A DNA stretch of 64,000 nucleotides, from contig CM082582.2 of assembly GCA_040954595.2 (NCBI GenBank), forward strand, positions 13,762,154 to 13,826,153. The letters are read 5' to 3'. Numbering within the stretch: the first letter of the stretch is position 1; each line of letters opens with the position of its first letter. Source of the stretch: Balanoglossus misakiensis. Lineage: Eukaryota; Animalia; Hemichordata. The position numbers were made by a program, and so were the translations under genes. The notes beneath the pieces are model-generated. The model was not told the DNA's origin. It searched no databases and saw only the letters and a list, made by a program, of their open reading frames with translations. Below are positions 1 through 15,000 of this stretch, piece by piece.

Positions 1-3000
1 CCATGGGTTTTTCAAAAAATGACCAAATTTTGAAAATTCGCAAAGTCGAAAAATCGTCGATTTTTGAACATTTTCCTGAGCTATAACCCATGGTTTTTTT
101 CAAAAATGACCAAATTTTGAAAATTCGCAAAGTCGAAAAATCGTCGATTTTTGAACATTTTCCTGAGCTATAACCCATGGTTTTTTTCAAAAAATGACCA
201 AATTTTGAAAATTCGCAAAGTCGAAAAATCGTCGATTTTTGAACATTTTCCTGAGCTATAACCCATGGTTTTTTCAAAAAATGACCAAATTTTGAAAATT
301 CGCAAAGTCGAAAAATCGTCGATTTTTGAACATTTTCCTGAGCTATAACCCATGGTTTTTTCAAAAAATGACCAAATTTTGAAAATTCGCAAAGTCGAAA
401 AATCGCCGATTTTTGAACATTTTCCTGAGCTATAACCCATGGTTTTTTCAAAAATGACCAAATTTTGAAAATTCGCAAAGTCGAAAAATCGCCGATTTTT
501 GAACATTTTCCTGAGCTATAACCCATGGTTTTTTCAAAAAATGACCAAATTTTGAAAATTCGCAAAGTCGAAAAATCGCCGATTTTTGAACATTTTCCTG
601 AGCTATAACCCATGGTTTTTTCAAAAAATGACCAAATTTTGAAAATTCGCAAAGTCGAAAAATCGCCGATTTTTGAACATTTTCCTGAGCTATAACCCCA
701 TGGTTTTTTCAAAAAATGACCAAATTTTGAAAATTCGCAAAGTCGAAAAATCGCCGATTTTTGAACATTTTCCTGAGCTATAACCCATGGTTTTTTCAAA
801 AAATGACCAAATTTTGAAAATTCGCAAAGTCGAAAAATCGTCGATTTTTGAACATTTTCCTGAGCTATAACCCATGGTTTTTTCAAAAAATGACCAAATT
901 TTGAAAATTCGCAAAGTCGAAAAATCGTCGATTTTTGAACATTTTCCTGAGCTATAACCCATGGTTTTTTCAAAAAATGACCAAATTTTGAAAATTCGCA
1001 AAGTCGAAAAATCGTCGATTTTTGAACATTTTCCTGAGCTATAACCCATGGTTTTTTCAAAAAATGACCAAATTTTGAAAATTCGCAAAGTCGAAAAATC
1101 GTCGATTTTTGAACATTTTCCTGAGCTATAACCCATGGTTTTTCAAAAAATGACCAAATTTTGAAAATTCGCAAAGTCGAAAAATCGTCGATTTTTGAAC
1201 AGTTTCCTGAGCTATAACCCATGGTTTTTTCAAAAATGACCAAATTTTGAAAATTCGCAAAGTCGAAAAATCGTCGATTTTTGAACAGTTTCCTGAGCTA
1301 TAACCCATGGTTTTTTCAAAAAATGACCAAATTTTGAAAATTCGCAAAGTCGAAAAATCGTCGATTTTTGAACAGTTTCCTGAGCTATAACCCATGGTTT
1401 TTTCAAAAAATGACCAAATTTTGAAAATTCGCAAAGTCGAAAAATCGTCGATTTTTGAACAGTTTCCTGAGCTATAACCCATGGTTTTTTCAAAAAATGA
1501 CCAAATTTTGAAAATTCGCAAAGTCGAAAAATCGTCGATTTTTGAACAGTTTCCTGAGCTATAACCCATGGTTTTTTCAAAAAATGACCAAATTTTGAAA
1601 ATTCGCAAAGTCGAAAAATCGTCGATTTTTGAACATTTTCCTGAGCTATAACCCATGGTTTTTTCAAAAAATGACCAAATTTTGAAAATTCGCAAAGTCG
1701 AAAAATCGTCGATTTTTGAACATTTTCCTGAGCTATAACCCATGGTTTTTTCAAAAAATGACCAAATTTTGAAAATTCGCAAAGTCGAAAAATCGTCGAT
1801 TTTTGAACATTTTCCTGAGCTATAACCCATGGTTTTTTCAAAAAATGACCAAATTTTGAAAATTCGCAAAGTCGAAAAATCGTCGATTTTTGAACATTTT
1901 CCTGAGCTATAACCCATGGTTTTTTCAAAAAATGACCAAATTTTGAAAATTCGCAAAGTCGAAAAATCGCCGATTTTTCAACATTTTCCTGAGCTATAAC
2001 CCATGGTTTTTTCAAAAAATGACCAAATTTTGAAAATTCGCAAAGTCGAAAAATCGCCGATTTTTGAACATTTTCCTGAGCTATAACCCATGGTTTTTTC
2101 AAAAAATGACCAAATTTTGAAAATTCGCAAAGTCGAAAAATCGCCGATTTTTGAACATTTTCCTGAGCTATAACCCATGGTTTTTTCAAAAAATGACCAA
2201 ATTTTGAAAATTCGCAAAGTCGAAAAATCGCCGATTTTTGAACATTTTCCTGAGCTATAACCCATGGTTTTTTCAAAAAATGACCAAATTTTGAAAATTC
2301 GCAAAGTCGAAAAATCGTCGATTTTTGAACATTTTCCTGAGCTATAACCCATGGTTTTTTCAAAAAATGACCAAATTTTGAAAATTCGCAAAGTCGAAAA
2401 ATCGTCGATTTTTGAACATTTTCCTGAGCTATAACCCATGGTTTTTTCAAAAAATGACCAAATTTTGAAAATTCGCAAAGTCGAAAAATCGTCGATTTTT
2501 GAACATTTTCCTGAGCTATAACCCATGGTTTTTTCAAAAAATGACCAATTTTGAAAATTCGCAAAGTCGAAAAATCGTCGATTTTTGAACATTTTCCTGA
2601 GCTATAACCCATGGTTTTTTCAAAAAATGACCAAATTTTGAAAATTCGCAAAGTCGAAAAATCGTCGATTTTTGAACATTTTCCTGAGCTATAACCCATG
2701 GTTTTTTCAAAAAATGACCAAATTTTGAAAATTCGCAAAGTCGAAAAATCGTCGATTTTTGAACATTTTCCTGAGCTATAACCCATGGTTTTTTCAAAAA
2801 ATGACCAAATTTTGAAAATTCGCAAAGTCGAAAAATCGTCGATTTTTGAACATTTTCCTGAGCTATAACCCATGGTTTTTTCAAAAATGACCAAATTTTG
2901 AAAATTCGCAAAGTCGAAAAATCGTCGATTTTTGAACATTTTCCTGAGCTATAACCCATGGTTTTTTCAAAAAATGACCAAATTTGAAAATTCGCAAAGT

Positions 3001-6000
3001 CGAAAAATCGTCGATTTTTGAACATTTTCCTGAGCTATAACCCATGGTTTTTTCAAAAAATGACCAAATTTTGAAAATTCGCAAAGTCGAAAAATCGTCG
3101 ATTTTTGAACATTTTCCTGAGCTATAACCCATGGTTTTTTCAAAAAATGACCAAATTTTGAAAATTCGCAAAGTCGAAAAATCGTCGATTTTTGAACATT
3201 TTCCTGAGCTATAACCCATGGTTTTTTCAAAAAATGACCAAATTTTGAAAATTCGCAAAGTCGAAAAATCGTCGATTTTTGAACATTTTCCTGAGCTATA
3301 ACCCATGGTTTTTTCAAAAAATTACCAAATTTTGAAAATTCGCAAAGTCGAAAAATCGTCGATTTTTGAACATTTTCCTGAGCTATAACCCATGGTTTTT
3401 TCAAAAAATTACCAAATTTTGAAAATTCGCAAAGTCGAAAAATCGTCGATTTCTGAAAATTTTCCTGAGCTATAACCCATGTTTTTTTCAAAAATTACCA
3501 AATTTTGAAAATTCGCAAAGTCGAAAAATCGCCGATTTTTGAACATTTTCCTGAGCTATAACCCATGGTTTTTTCAAAAAATGACCAAATTTTGAAAATT
3601 CGCAAAGTCGACAAATCGTCGATTTTTGAACATTTTCCTGAGCTATAACCCATGGTTTTTTCAAAAAATGACCAAATTTTGAAAATTCGCAAAGTCGACA
3701 AATCGTCGATTTTTGAACATTTTCCTGAGCTATAACCCATGGTTTTTTCAAAAAATGACCAAATTTTGAAAATTCGCAAAGTCGACAAATCGTCGATTTT
3801 TGAACATTTTCCTGAGCTATAACCCATGGTTTTTTCAAAAAATGACCAAATTTTGAAAATTCGCAAAGTTGACAAATCGTCGATTTTTGAACATTTTCCT
3901 GAGCTATAACCCATGGTTTTTTCAAAAAATGACCAAATTTTGAAAATTCGCAAAGTCGAAAAATCGTCGATTTTTGAACATTTTCTGAGCTATAACCCAT
4001 GGTTTTTTCAAAAAATGACCAAATTTTGAAAACTCGCAAAGTCGAAAAATCGACGATTTTTGAACATTTTCCTGAGGTATAACCGATGGTTTTTTCAAAA
4101 AATGACCAAATTTTGAAAATTCGCAAAGTCGAAAAATCGTCGATTTTTGAACATTTTCCTGAGCTATAACCCATGGTTTTTTCAAAAAAATGACCAAATT
4201 TTGAAAATTCGCAAAGTCGAAAAATCGTCGATTTTTGAACATTTTCCTGAGCTATAACCCATGGTTTTTTCAAAAATGACCAAATTTTGAAAATTCGCAA
4301 AGTCGAAAAATCGTCGATTTTGAACATTTTCCTGAGCTATAACCCATGGTTTTTTCAAAAAATGACCAAATTTTGAAAATTCGCAAAGTCGAAAAATCGT
4401 CGATTTTTGAACATTTTCCTGAGCTATAACCCATGGTTTTTTCAAAAAATGACCAAATTTTGAAAATTCGCAAAGTCGAAAAATCGTCGATTTTTGAACA
4501 TTTTCCTGAGCTATAACCCATGGTTTTTTCAAAAAATGACCAAATTTTGAAAATTCGCAAAGTCGAAAAATCGTCGATTTTTGAACATTTTCCTGAGCTA
4601 TAACCCATGGTTTTTTCAAAAATGACCAAATTTTGAAAATTCGCAAAGTCGAAAAATCGTCGATTTTTGAACATTTTCCTGAGCTATAACCCATGGTTTT
4701 TTCAAAAAATGACCAAATTTTGAAAATTCGCAAAGTCGAAAAATCGTCGATTTTTGAACATTTTCCTGAGCTATAACCCATGGTTTTTTCAAAAAATGAC
4801 CAAATTTTGAAAATTCGCAAAGTCGAAAAATCGTCGATTTTTGAACATTTTCCTGAGCTATAACCCATGGTTTTTTCAAAAAATGACCAAATTTTGAAAA
4901 TTCGCAAAGTCGAAAAATCGTCGATTTTTGAACATTTTCCTGAGCTATAACCCATGGTTTTTTTCAAAAATGACCAAATTTTGAAAATTCGCAAAGTCGA
5001 AAAATCGTCGATTTTTGAACATTTTCCTGAGCTATAACCCATGGTTTTTTCAAAAAATGACCAAATTTTGAAAATTCGCAAAGTCGAAAAATCGTCGATT
5101 TTTGAACATTTTCCTGAGCTATAACCCATGGTTTTTTCAAAAAATGACCAAATTTTGAAAATTCGCAAAGTCGAAAAAATCGTCGATTTTTGAACATTTT
5201 CCTGAGCTATAACCCATGGTTTTTTCAAAAAATGACCAAATTTTGAAAATTCGCAAAGTCGAAAAATCGTCGATTTTTGAACATTTTCCTGAGCTATAAC
5301 CCATGGTTTTTTCAAAAAATGACCAAATTTTGAAATTCGCAAAGTCGAAAAATCGTCGATTTTGAACATTTTCCTGAGCTATAACCCATGGTTTTTTCAA
5401 AAAATGACCAAATTTTGAAAATTCGCAAAGTCGAAAATCGTCGATTTTTGAACATTTTCCTGAGCTATAATCCATGGTTTTTTCAAAAAATGACCAAATT
5501 TTGAAAATTCGCAAAGTCGAAAAATCGTCGATTTTTGAACATTTTCCTGAGCTATAACCCATGGTTTTTTCAAAAAATGACCAAATTTTGAAAATTCGCA
5601 AAGTCGAAAAATCGTCGATTTTTGAACATTTTCCTGAGCTATAACCCATGGTTTTTTCAAAAAATGACCAAATTTTGAAAATTCGCAAAGTCGAAAAATC
5701 GTCGATTTTTGAACATTTTCCTGAGCTATAACCCATGTTTTTTTCAAAAAATGACCAAATTTTGAAAATTCGCAAAGGCGAAAAATCGCCGATTTTTGAA
5801 CATTTTCCTGAGCTATAACCCATGGTTTTTTCAAAAAATGACCAAATTTTGAAAATTCGCAAAGTCGAAAAATCGTCGATTTTTGAACATTTTTCCTGAG
5901 CTATAACCCATGGTTTTTTCAAAAAATGACCAAATTTTGAAAATTCGCAAAGTCGAAAAATCGTCGATTTTTGAACATTTTCCTGAGCTATAACCCATGG

Positions 6001-9000
6001 TTTTTTCAAAAAATGACCAAATTTTGAAAATTCGCAAAGTCGAAAAATCGTCGATTTTTGAACATTTTCCTGAACTATTACCCATGGTTTTTTCAAAAAT
6101 GACCAAATTTTGAAAATTCGCAAAGGCGAAAAATCGCCGATTTTTGAACATTTTCCTGAGCTATAACCCATGGTTTTTTCAAAAAATGACCAAATTTTGA
6201 AAATTCGCAAAGTCGAAAATCGTCGATTTTTGAACATTTTCCTGAGCTATAACCCATGGTTTTTTCAAAAAATGACCAAATTTTGAAAATTCGCAAAGTC
6301 GAAAAATCGTCGATTTTTGAACATTTTCCTGAGCTATAACCCATGGTTTTTTCAAAAAATGACCAAATTTTGAAAATTCGCAAAGTCGAAAAATCGTCGA
6401 TTTTTGAACATTTTCCTGAGCTATAACCCATGGTTTTTTCAAAAAATGACCAAATTTTGAAAATTCGCAAAGTCGAAAAATCGTCGATTTTTGAACATTT
6501 TCCTGAGCTATAACCCATGGTTTTTTCAAAAAATGACCAAATTTTGAAAATTCGCAAAGTCGAAAAATCGTCGATTTTTGAACATTTTCCTGAGCTATAA
6601 CCCATGGTTTTTTCAAAAAATGACCAAATTTGAAAATTCGCAAAGTCGAAAAATCGTCGATTTTTGAACATTTTCCTGAGCTATAACCCATGGTTTTTTC
6701 AAAAAATGACCAAATTTTGAAAATTCGCAAAGTCGAAAAATCGTCGATTTTTGAACATTTTCCTGAGCTATAACCCATGGTTTTTTCAAAAAATGACCAA
6801 ATTTTGAAAATTCGCAAAGTCGAAAAATCGTCGATTTTTGAACATTTTCCTGAACTATTACCCATGGTTTTTTCAAAAAATGACCAAATTTTGAAAATTC
6901 GCAAAGGCGAAAAATCGCCGATTTTTGAACATTTTCCTGAGCTATAACCCATGGTTTTTTCAAAAAATGACCAAATTTTGAAAATTCGCAAAGTCGAAAA
7001 ATCGTCGATTTTTGAACATTTTCCTGAGCTATAACCCATGGTTTTTTCAAAAAATGACCAAATTTTGAAAATTCGCAAAGTCGAAAAATCGTCGATTTTT
7101 GAACATTTTCCTGAGCTATAACCCATGGTTTTTTCAAAAAATGACCAAATTTTGAAAATTCGCAAAGTCGAAAAATCGTCGATTTTTGAACATTTTCCTG
7201 AGCTATAACCCATGGTTTTTTCAAAAAATGACCAAATTTTGAAAATTCGCAAAGTCGAAAAATCGTCGATTTTTGAACATTTTCCTGAACTATTACCCAT
7301 GGTTTTTTCAAAAAATGACCAAATTTTGAAAATTCGCAAAGTCGAAAAATCGTCGATTTTTGAACATTTTCCTGAGCTATAACCCATGGTTTTTTCAAAA
7401 AATGACCAAATTTTGAAAATTCGCAAAGTCGAAAAATCGTCGATTTTTGAACATTTTCCTGAGCTATAACCCATGGTTTTTTTCAAAAAATGACCAAATT
7501 TTGAAAATTCGCAAAGTCGAAAAATCGTCGATTTTTGAACATTTTCCTGAGCTATAACCCATGGTTTTTTCAAAAAATGACCAAATTTTGAAAATTCGCA
7601 AAGTCGAAAAATCGTCGATTTTTGAACATTTTCCTGAGCTATAACCCATGGTTTTTTCAAAAAATGACCAAATTTTGAAAATTCGCAAAGTCGAAAAATC
7701 GTCGATTTTTGAACATTTTCCTGAGCTATAACCCATGGTTTTTTTCAAAAAATGACCAAATTTTGAAAATTCGCAAAGTCGAAAAATCGTCGATTTTTGA
7801 ACATTTTCCTGAGCTATAACCCATGGTTTTTTCAAAAAATGACCAAATTTTGAAAATTCGCAAAGTCGAAAAATCGTCGATTTTTGAACATTTTCCTGAG
7901 CTATAACCCATGGTTTTTTCAAAAAATGACCAAATTTTGAAAATTCGCAAAGTCGAAAAATCGTCGATTTTTGAACATTTTCCTGAGCTATAACCCATGG
8001 TTTTTTCAAAAAATGACCAAATTTTGAAAATTCGCAAAGTCGAAAAATCGTCGATTTTTGAACATTTTCCTGAGCTATAACCCATGGTTTTTTCAAAAAA
8101 TGACCAAATTTTGAAAATTCGCAAAGTCGAAAAATCGTCGATTTTTGAACATTTTCCTGAGCTATAACCCATGGTTTTTTCAAAAAATGACCAAATTTTG
8201 AAAATTCGCAAAGTCGAAAAATCGTCGATTTTTGAACATTTTCCTGAGCTATAACCCATGGTTTTTTCAAAAAAATGACCAAATTTTGAAAATTCGCAAA
8301 GTCGAAAAATCGTCGATTTTTGAACATTTTCCTGAGCTATAACCCATGGTTTTTTCAAAAAATGACCAAATTTTGAAAATTCGCAAAGTCGAAAAATCGT
8401 CGATTTTTGAACATTTTCCTGAGCTATAACCCATGGTTTTTTCAAAAAATGACCAAATTTTGAAAATTCGCAAAGTCTAAAAATCGTCGATTTTTGAACA
8501 TTTTCCTGAGCTATAACCCATGGTTTTTTCAAAAAATGACCAAATTTTGAAAATTCGCAAAGTCTAAAAATCGTCGATTTTTGAACATTTTCCTGAGCTA
8601 TAACCCATGGTTTTTTCAAAAAATGACCAAATTTTGAAAATTCGCAAAGTCGAAAAATCGTCGATTTTTGAACATTTTCCTGAGCTATAACCCATGGTTT
8701 TTTCAAAAAATGACCAAATTTTGAAAATTCGCAAAGTCGAAAAATCGTCGATTTTTGAACATTTTCCTGAGCTATAACCCATGGTTTTTTCAAAAAATGA
8801 CCAAATTTTGAAAATTCGCAAAGTCGAAAAAACGTCGATTTTTGAACATTTTCCTGAGCTATAACCCATGGTTTTTTCAAAAAATGACCAAATTTTGAAA
8901 ATTCGCAAAGTCGAAAAAACGTCGATTTTTGAACATTTTCCTGAGCTATAACCCATGGTTTTTTCAAAAAATGACCAAATTTTGAAAATTCGCAAAGTCG

Positions 9001-12000
9001 AAAAATCGTCGATTTTTGAACATTTTCCTGAGCTATAACCCATGGTTTTTTCAAAAAATGACCAAATTTTGAAAATTCGCAAAGGCGAAAAATCGCCGAT
9101 TTTTGAACATTTTCCTGAGCTATAACCCATGGTTTTTTCAAAAAATGACCAAATTTTGAAAATTCGCAAAGTCGAAAAATCGCCGATTTTTGAACATTTT
9201 CCTGAGCTATAACCCATGGTTTTTTCAAAAAATGACCAAATTTTGAAAATTCGCAAAGTCGAAAAATCGCCGATTTTTGAACATTTTCCTGAGCTATAAC
9301 CCATGGTTTTTTCAAAAAATGACCAAATTTTGAAAATTCGCAAAGTCGAAAAATCGTCGATTTTTGAACATTTTCCTGAGCTATAACCCATGGTTTTTTC
9401 AAAAAATGACCAAATTTTGAAAATTCGCAAAGTCGAAAAATCGTCGATTTTTGAACATTTTCCTGAGCTATAACCCATGGTTTTTTCAAAAAATGACCAA
9501 ATTTTGTAAATTCGCAAAGTCGAAAAATCGTCGATTTTTGAACATTTTCCTGAGCTATTACCCATGGTTTTTTCAAAAAATGACCAAATTTTGAAAATTC
9601 GCAAAGTCGAAAAATCGTCGATTTTTGAACATTTTCCTGAGCTATAACCCATGGTTTTTTCAAAAAATGACCAAATTTTGAAAATTCGCAAAGTCGAAAA
9701 ATCGTCGATTTTTGAACATTTTCCTGAGCTATAACCCATGGTTTTTTCAAAAAATGACCAAATTTTGAAAATTCGCAAAGTCGAAAAATCGTCGATTTTT
9801 GAACATTTTCCTGAGCTATAACCCATGTTTTTTTCAAAAAATGACCAAATTTTGAAAATTCGCAAAGTCGAAAAATCGTCGATTTTTGAACATTTTCCTG
9901 AGCTATAACCCATGGTTTTTTCAAAAAATGACCAAATTTTGAAAATTAGCAAAGTCGAAAAATCGTCGATTTTTGAACATTTTCCTGAGCTATAACCCAT
10001 GGTTTTTTCAAAAAATGACCAAATTTTGAAAATTAGCAAAGTCGAAAAATCGTCGATTTTTGAACATTTTCCTGAGCTATAACCCATGGTTTTTTCAAAA
10101 ACTGACCAAATTTTGAAAATTCGCAAAGTCGAAAAATCGTCGATTTTTGAACATTTTCCTGAGCTATAACCCATGGTTTTTTCAAAAAATGACCAAATTT
10201 TGAAAATTCGCAAAGTCGAAAAATCGTCGATTTTTGAACATTTTCCTGAGCTATAACCCATGGTTTTTTCAAAAAATGACCAAATTTTGAAAATTAGCAA
10301 AGTCGAAAAATCGTCGATTTTTGAACATTTTCCTGAGCTATAACCCATGGTTTTTTCAAAAAATGACCAAATTTTGAAAATTAGCAAAGTCGAAAAATCG
10401 TCGATTTTTGAACATTTTCCTGAGCTATAACCCATGGTTTTTTCAAAAAATGACCAAATTTTGAAAATTAGCAAAGTCGAAAAATCGTCGATTTTTGAAC
10501 ATTTTCCTGAGCTATAACCCATGGTTTTTTCAAAAAATGACCAAATTTTGAAAATTCGCAAAGGCGAAAAATCGCCGATTTTTGAACATTTTCCTGAGCT
10601 ATAACCCATGGTTTTTTCAAAAAATGACCAAATTTTGAAAATTCGCAAAGTCGAAAAATCGTCGATTTTTGAACATTTTCCTGAGCTATAACCCATGGTT
10701 TTTTCAAAAAATGACCAAATTTTGAAAATTCGCAAAGTCGAAAAATCGTCGATTTTTGAACATTTTCCTGAGCTATAACCCATGGTTTTTTCAAAAAATG
10801 ACCAAATTTTGTAAATTCGCAAAGTCGAAAAATCGTCGATTTTTGAACATTTTCCTGAGCTATTACCCATGGTTTTTTCAAAAAATGACCAAATTTTGAA
10901 AATTCGCAAAGTCGAAAAATCGTCGATTTTTGAACATTTTCCTGAGCTATAACCCATGGTTTTTTCAAAAAATGACCAAATTTTGAAAATTCGCAAAGTC
11001 GAAAAATCGTCGATTTTTGAACATTTTCCTGAGCTATAACCCATGGTTTTTTCAAAAAATGACCAAATTTTGAAAATTCGCAAAGTCGAAAAATCGTCGA
11101 TTTTTGAACATTTTCCTGAGCTATAACCCATGGTTTTTTCAAAAAATGACCAAATTTTGAAAATTCGCAAAGTCGAAAAATCGTCGATTTTTGAACATTT
11201 TCCTGAGCTATAACCCATGGTTTTTTCAAAAAATGACCAAATTTTGAAAATTAGCAAAGTCGAAAAATCGTCGATTTTTGAACATTTTCCTGAGCTATAA
11301 CCCATGGTTTTTTCAAAAAATGACCAAATTTTGAAAATTAGCAAAGTCGAAAAATCGTCGATTTTTGAACATTTTCCTGAGCTATAACCCATGGTTTTTT
11401 CAAAAAATGACCAAATTTTGAAAATTCGCAAAGTCGAAAAATCGTCGATTTTTGAACATTTTCCTGAGCTATAACCCATGGTTTTTTCAAAAAATGACCA
11501 AATTTTGAAAATTCGCAAAGTCGAAAAATCGTCGATTTTTGAACATTTTCCTGAGCTATAACCCATGGTTTTTTCAAAAAATGACCAAATTTTGAAAATT
11601 CGCAAAGTCGAAAAATCGTCGATTTTTGAACATTTTCCTGAGCTATAACCCATGGTTTTTTCAAAAAATGACCAAATTTTGAAAATTAGCAAAGTCGAAA
11701 AATCGTCGATTTTTGAACATTTTCCTGAGCTATAACCCATGGTTTTTTCAAAAAATGACCAAATTTTGAAAATTAGCAAAGTCGAAAAATCGTCGATTTT
11801 TGAACATTTTCCTGAGCTATAACCCATGGTTTTTTCAAAAAATGACCAAATTTTGAAAATTAGCAAAGTCGAAAAATCGTCGATTTTTGAACATTTTCCT
11901 GAGCTATAACCCATGGTTTTTTCAAAAAATGACCAAATTTTGAAAATTAGCAAAGTCGAAAAATCGTCGATTTTTGAACATTTTCCTGAGCTATAACCCA

Positions 12001-15000
12001 TGGTTTTTTCAAAAAATGACCAAATTTTGAAAATTCGCAAAGTCGAAAAATCGTCGATTTTTGAACATTTTCCTGAGCTATAACCCATGGTTTTTTCAAA
12101 AAAATGACCAAATTTTGAAAATTCGCAAAGTCGAAAAATCGTCGATTTTTGAACATTTTCCTGAGCTATAACCCATGGTTTTTTCAAAAAATGACCAAAT
12201 TTTGAAAATTCGCAAAGTCTAAAAATCGTCGATTTTTGAACATTTTCCTGAGCTATAACCCATGGTTTTTTCAAAAAATGACCAAATTTTGAAAATTCGC
12301 AAAGTCTAAAAATCGTCGATTTTTGAACATTTTCCTGAGCTATAACCCATGGTTTTTTCAAAAAATGACCAAATTTTGAAAATTCGCAAAGTCTAAAAAT
12401 CGTCGATTTTTGAACATTTTCCTGAGATATAACCCATGGTTTTTTCAAAAAATGACCAAATTTTGAAAATTCACAAAGTCGAAAAATCGTCGATTTTTGA
12501 ACATTTTCCTGAGCTATAACCCATGGTTTTTTCAAAAAATGACCAAATTTTGAAAATTCGCAAAGTATAAAAATCGTCGATTTTTGAATATTTTCCTGAA
12601 CTATAACCCATGGTTTTTTCAAAAAATGACCAAATTTTGAAAATTCGCAAAGTCGAAAAATCGTCGATTTTTGAACATTTTCCTGAGCTATAACCCATGG
12701 TTTTTTCAAAAAATGACCAAATTTTGAAAATTCGCAAAGCCGAAAAATCGTCGATTTTTGAACATTTTCCTGAGCTATAACCCATGGTTTTTTCAAAAAA
12801 ATGACCAAATTTTGAAAATTCGCAAAGTCGAAAAATCGTCGATTTTTGAACATTTTCCTGAGCTATAACCCATGGTTTTTTCAAAAAAATGACCAAATTT
12901 TGAAAATTCGCAAAGTCGAAAAATCGTCGATTTTTGAACATTTTCCTGAGCTATAACCCATGGTTTTTTCAAAAAAATGACCAAATTTTGAAAATTCGCA
13001 AAGTCGAAAAATCGTCGATTTTTGAACATTTTCCTGAGCTATAACCCATGGTTTTTTCAAAAAATGACCAAATTTTGAAAATTCGCAAAGTCGAAAAATC
13101 GTCGATTTTTGAACATTTTCCTGAGCTATAACCCATGGTTTTTTCAAAAAATGACCAAATTTTGAAAATTCGCAAAGTCGAAAAATCGTCGATTTTTGAA
13201 CATTTTCCTGAGCTATAACCCATGGTTTTTTCAAAAAATGACCAAATTTTGAAAATTCGCAAAGTCGAAAAATCGTCGATTTTTGAACATTTTCCTGAGC
13301 TATAACCCATGGTTTTTTCAAAAAATGACCAAATTTTGAAAATTAGCACAGTCGAAAAATCGTCGATTTTTGAACATTTTCCTGAGCTATAACCCATGGT
13401 TTTTTCAAAAAATGACCAAATTTTGAAAATTAGCAAAGTCGAAAAATCGTCGATTTTTGAACATTTTCCTGAGCTATAACCCATGGTTTTTTCAAAAAAT
13501 GACCAAATTTTGAAAATTCGCAAAGTCGAAAAATCGTCGATTTTTGAACATTTTCCTGAGTTATAACCCATGGTTTTTTCAAAAAATGACCAAATTTTGA
13601 AAATTAGCAAAGTCGAAAAATCGTCGATTTTTGAACATTTTCCTGAGCTATAACCCATGGTTTTTTCAAAAAATGACCAAATTTTGAAAATTCGCAAAGT
13701 CGAAAAATCGTCGATTTTTGAACATTTTCCTGAGCTATAACCCATGGTTTTTTCAAAAAATGACCAAATTTTGAAAATTCGCAAAGTCGAAAAATCGTCG
13801 ATTTTTGAACATTTCCCTGAGCTATAACCCATGGTTTTTTCAAAAAATGACCAAATTTTGAAAATTCGCAAAGTCGAAAAATCGTCGATTTTTGAACATT
13901 TCCCTGAGCTATAACCCATGGTTTTTTCAAAAAATGACCAAATTTTGAAAATTCGCAAAGTCGAAAAATCGTCGATTTTTGAACATTTTCCTGAGCTATA
14001 ACCCATGGTTTTTTCAAAACAATGACCAAATTTTGAAGATTCGCAAAGTCGAAAAATCGTCGATTTTTGAACATTTTCCTGAGCTATAACCCATGGTTTT
14101 TTCAAAAAATGACCAAATTTTGAAAATTCGCAAAGTCGAAAAATCGTCGATTTTTGAATATTTTCCTGAACTATAACCCATGGTTTTTTCAAAAAATGAC
14201 CAAATTTTGAAAATTCGCAAAGTCGAAAAATCGTCGATTTTTGAACATTTTCCTGAGCTATAACCCATGGTTTTTTCAAAAAATGACCAAATTTTGAAAA
14301 TTCGCAAAGTCGAAAAATCGTCGATTTTTGAACATTTTCCTGAGCTATAACCCATGGTTTTTTCAAAAAATGACCAAATTTTGAAAATTCGCAAAGTCGA
14401 AAAATCGTCGATTTTTGAACATTTTCCTGAGCTATAACCCATGGTTTTTTCAAAAAAATGACCAAATTTTGAAAATTCGCAAAGTCGAAAAATCGTCGAT
14501 TTTTGAACATTTTCCTGAGCTATAACCCATGGTTTTTTCAAAAAAATGACCAAATTTTGAAAATTCGCAAAGTCGAAAAATCGTCGATTTTTGAACATTT
14601 TCCTGAGCTATAACCCATGTTTTTTTCAAAAAATGACCAAATTTTGAAAATTCGCAAAGTCCAAAAATCGTCGATTTTTGAACATTTTCCTGAGCTATAA
14701 CCCATGGTTTTTTCAAAAAATGACCAAATTTTGAAAATTCGCAAAGTCGAAAAATCGTCGATTTTTGAACATTTTCCTGAGCTATAACCCATGGTTTTTT
14801 CAAAAAATGACCAAATTTTGAAAATTCGCAAAGTCGAAAAATCGTCGATTTTTGAACATTTTCCTGAGCTATAACCCATGGTTTTTTCAAAAAATGACCA
14901 AATTTTGAAAATTCGCAAAGTCGAAAAATCGTCGATTTTTGAACATTTTCCTGAGCTATAACGCATGGTTTTTTTCAAAAAAATGACCAAATTTTGAAAA

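Noticed and set aside
37-53. CENP-B box in the satellite (TTCGCAAAGTCGAAA)
   Set aside because: Has TTCG but lacks the required A and CGGG of TTCGNNNNANNCGGG.
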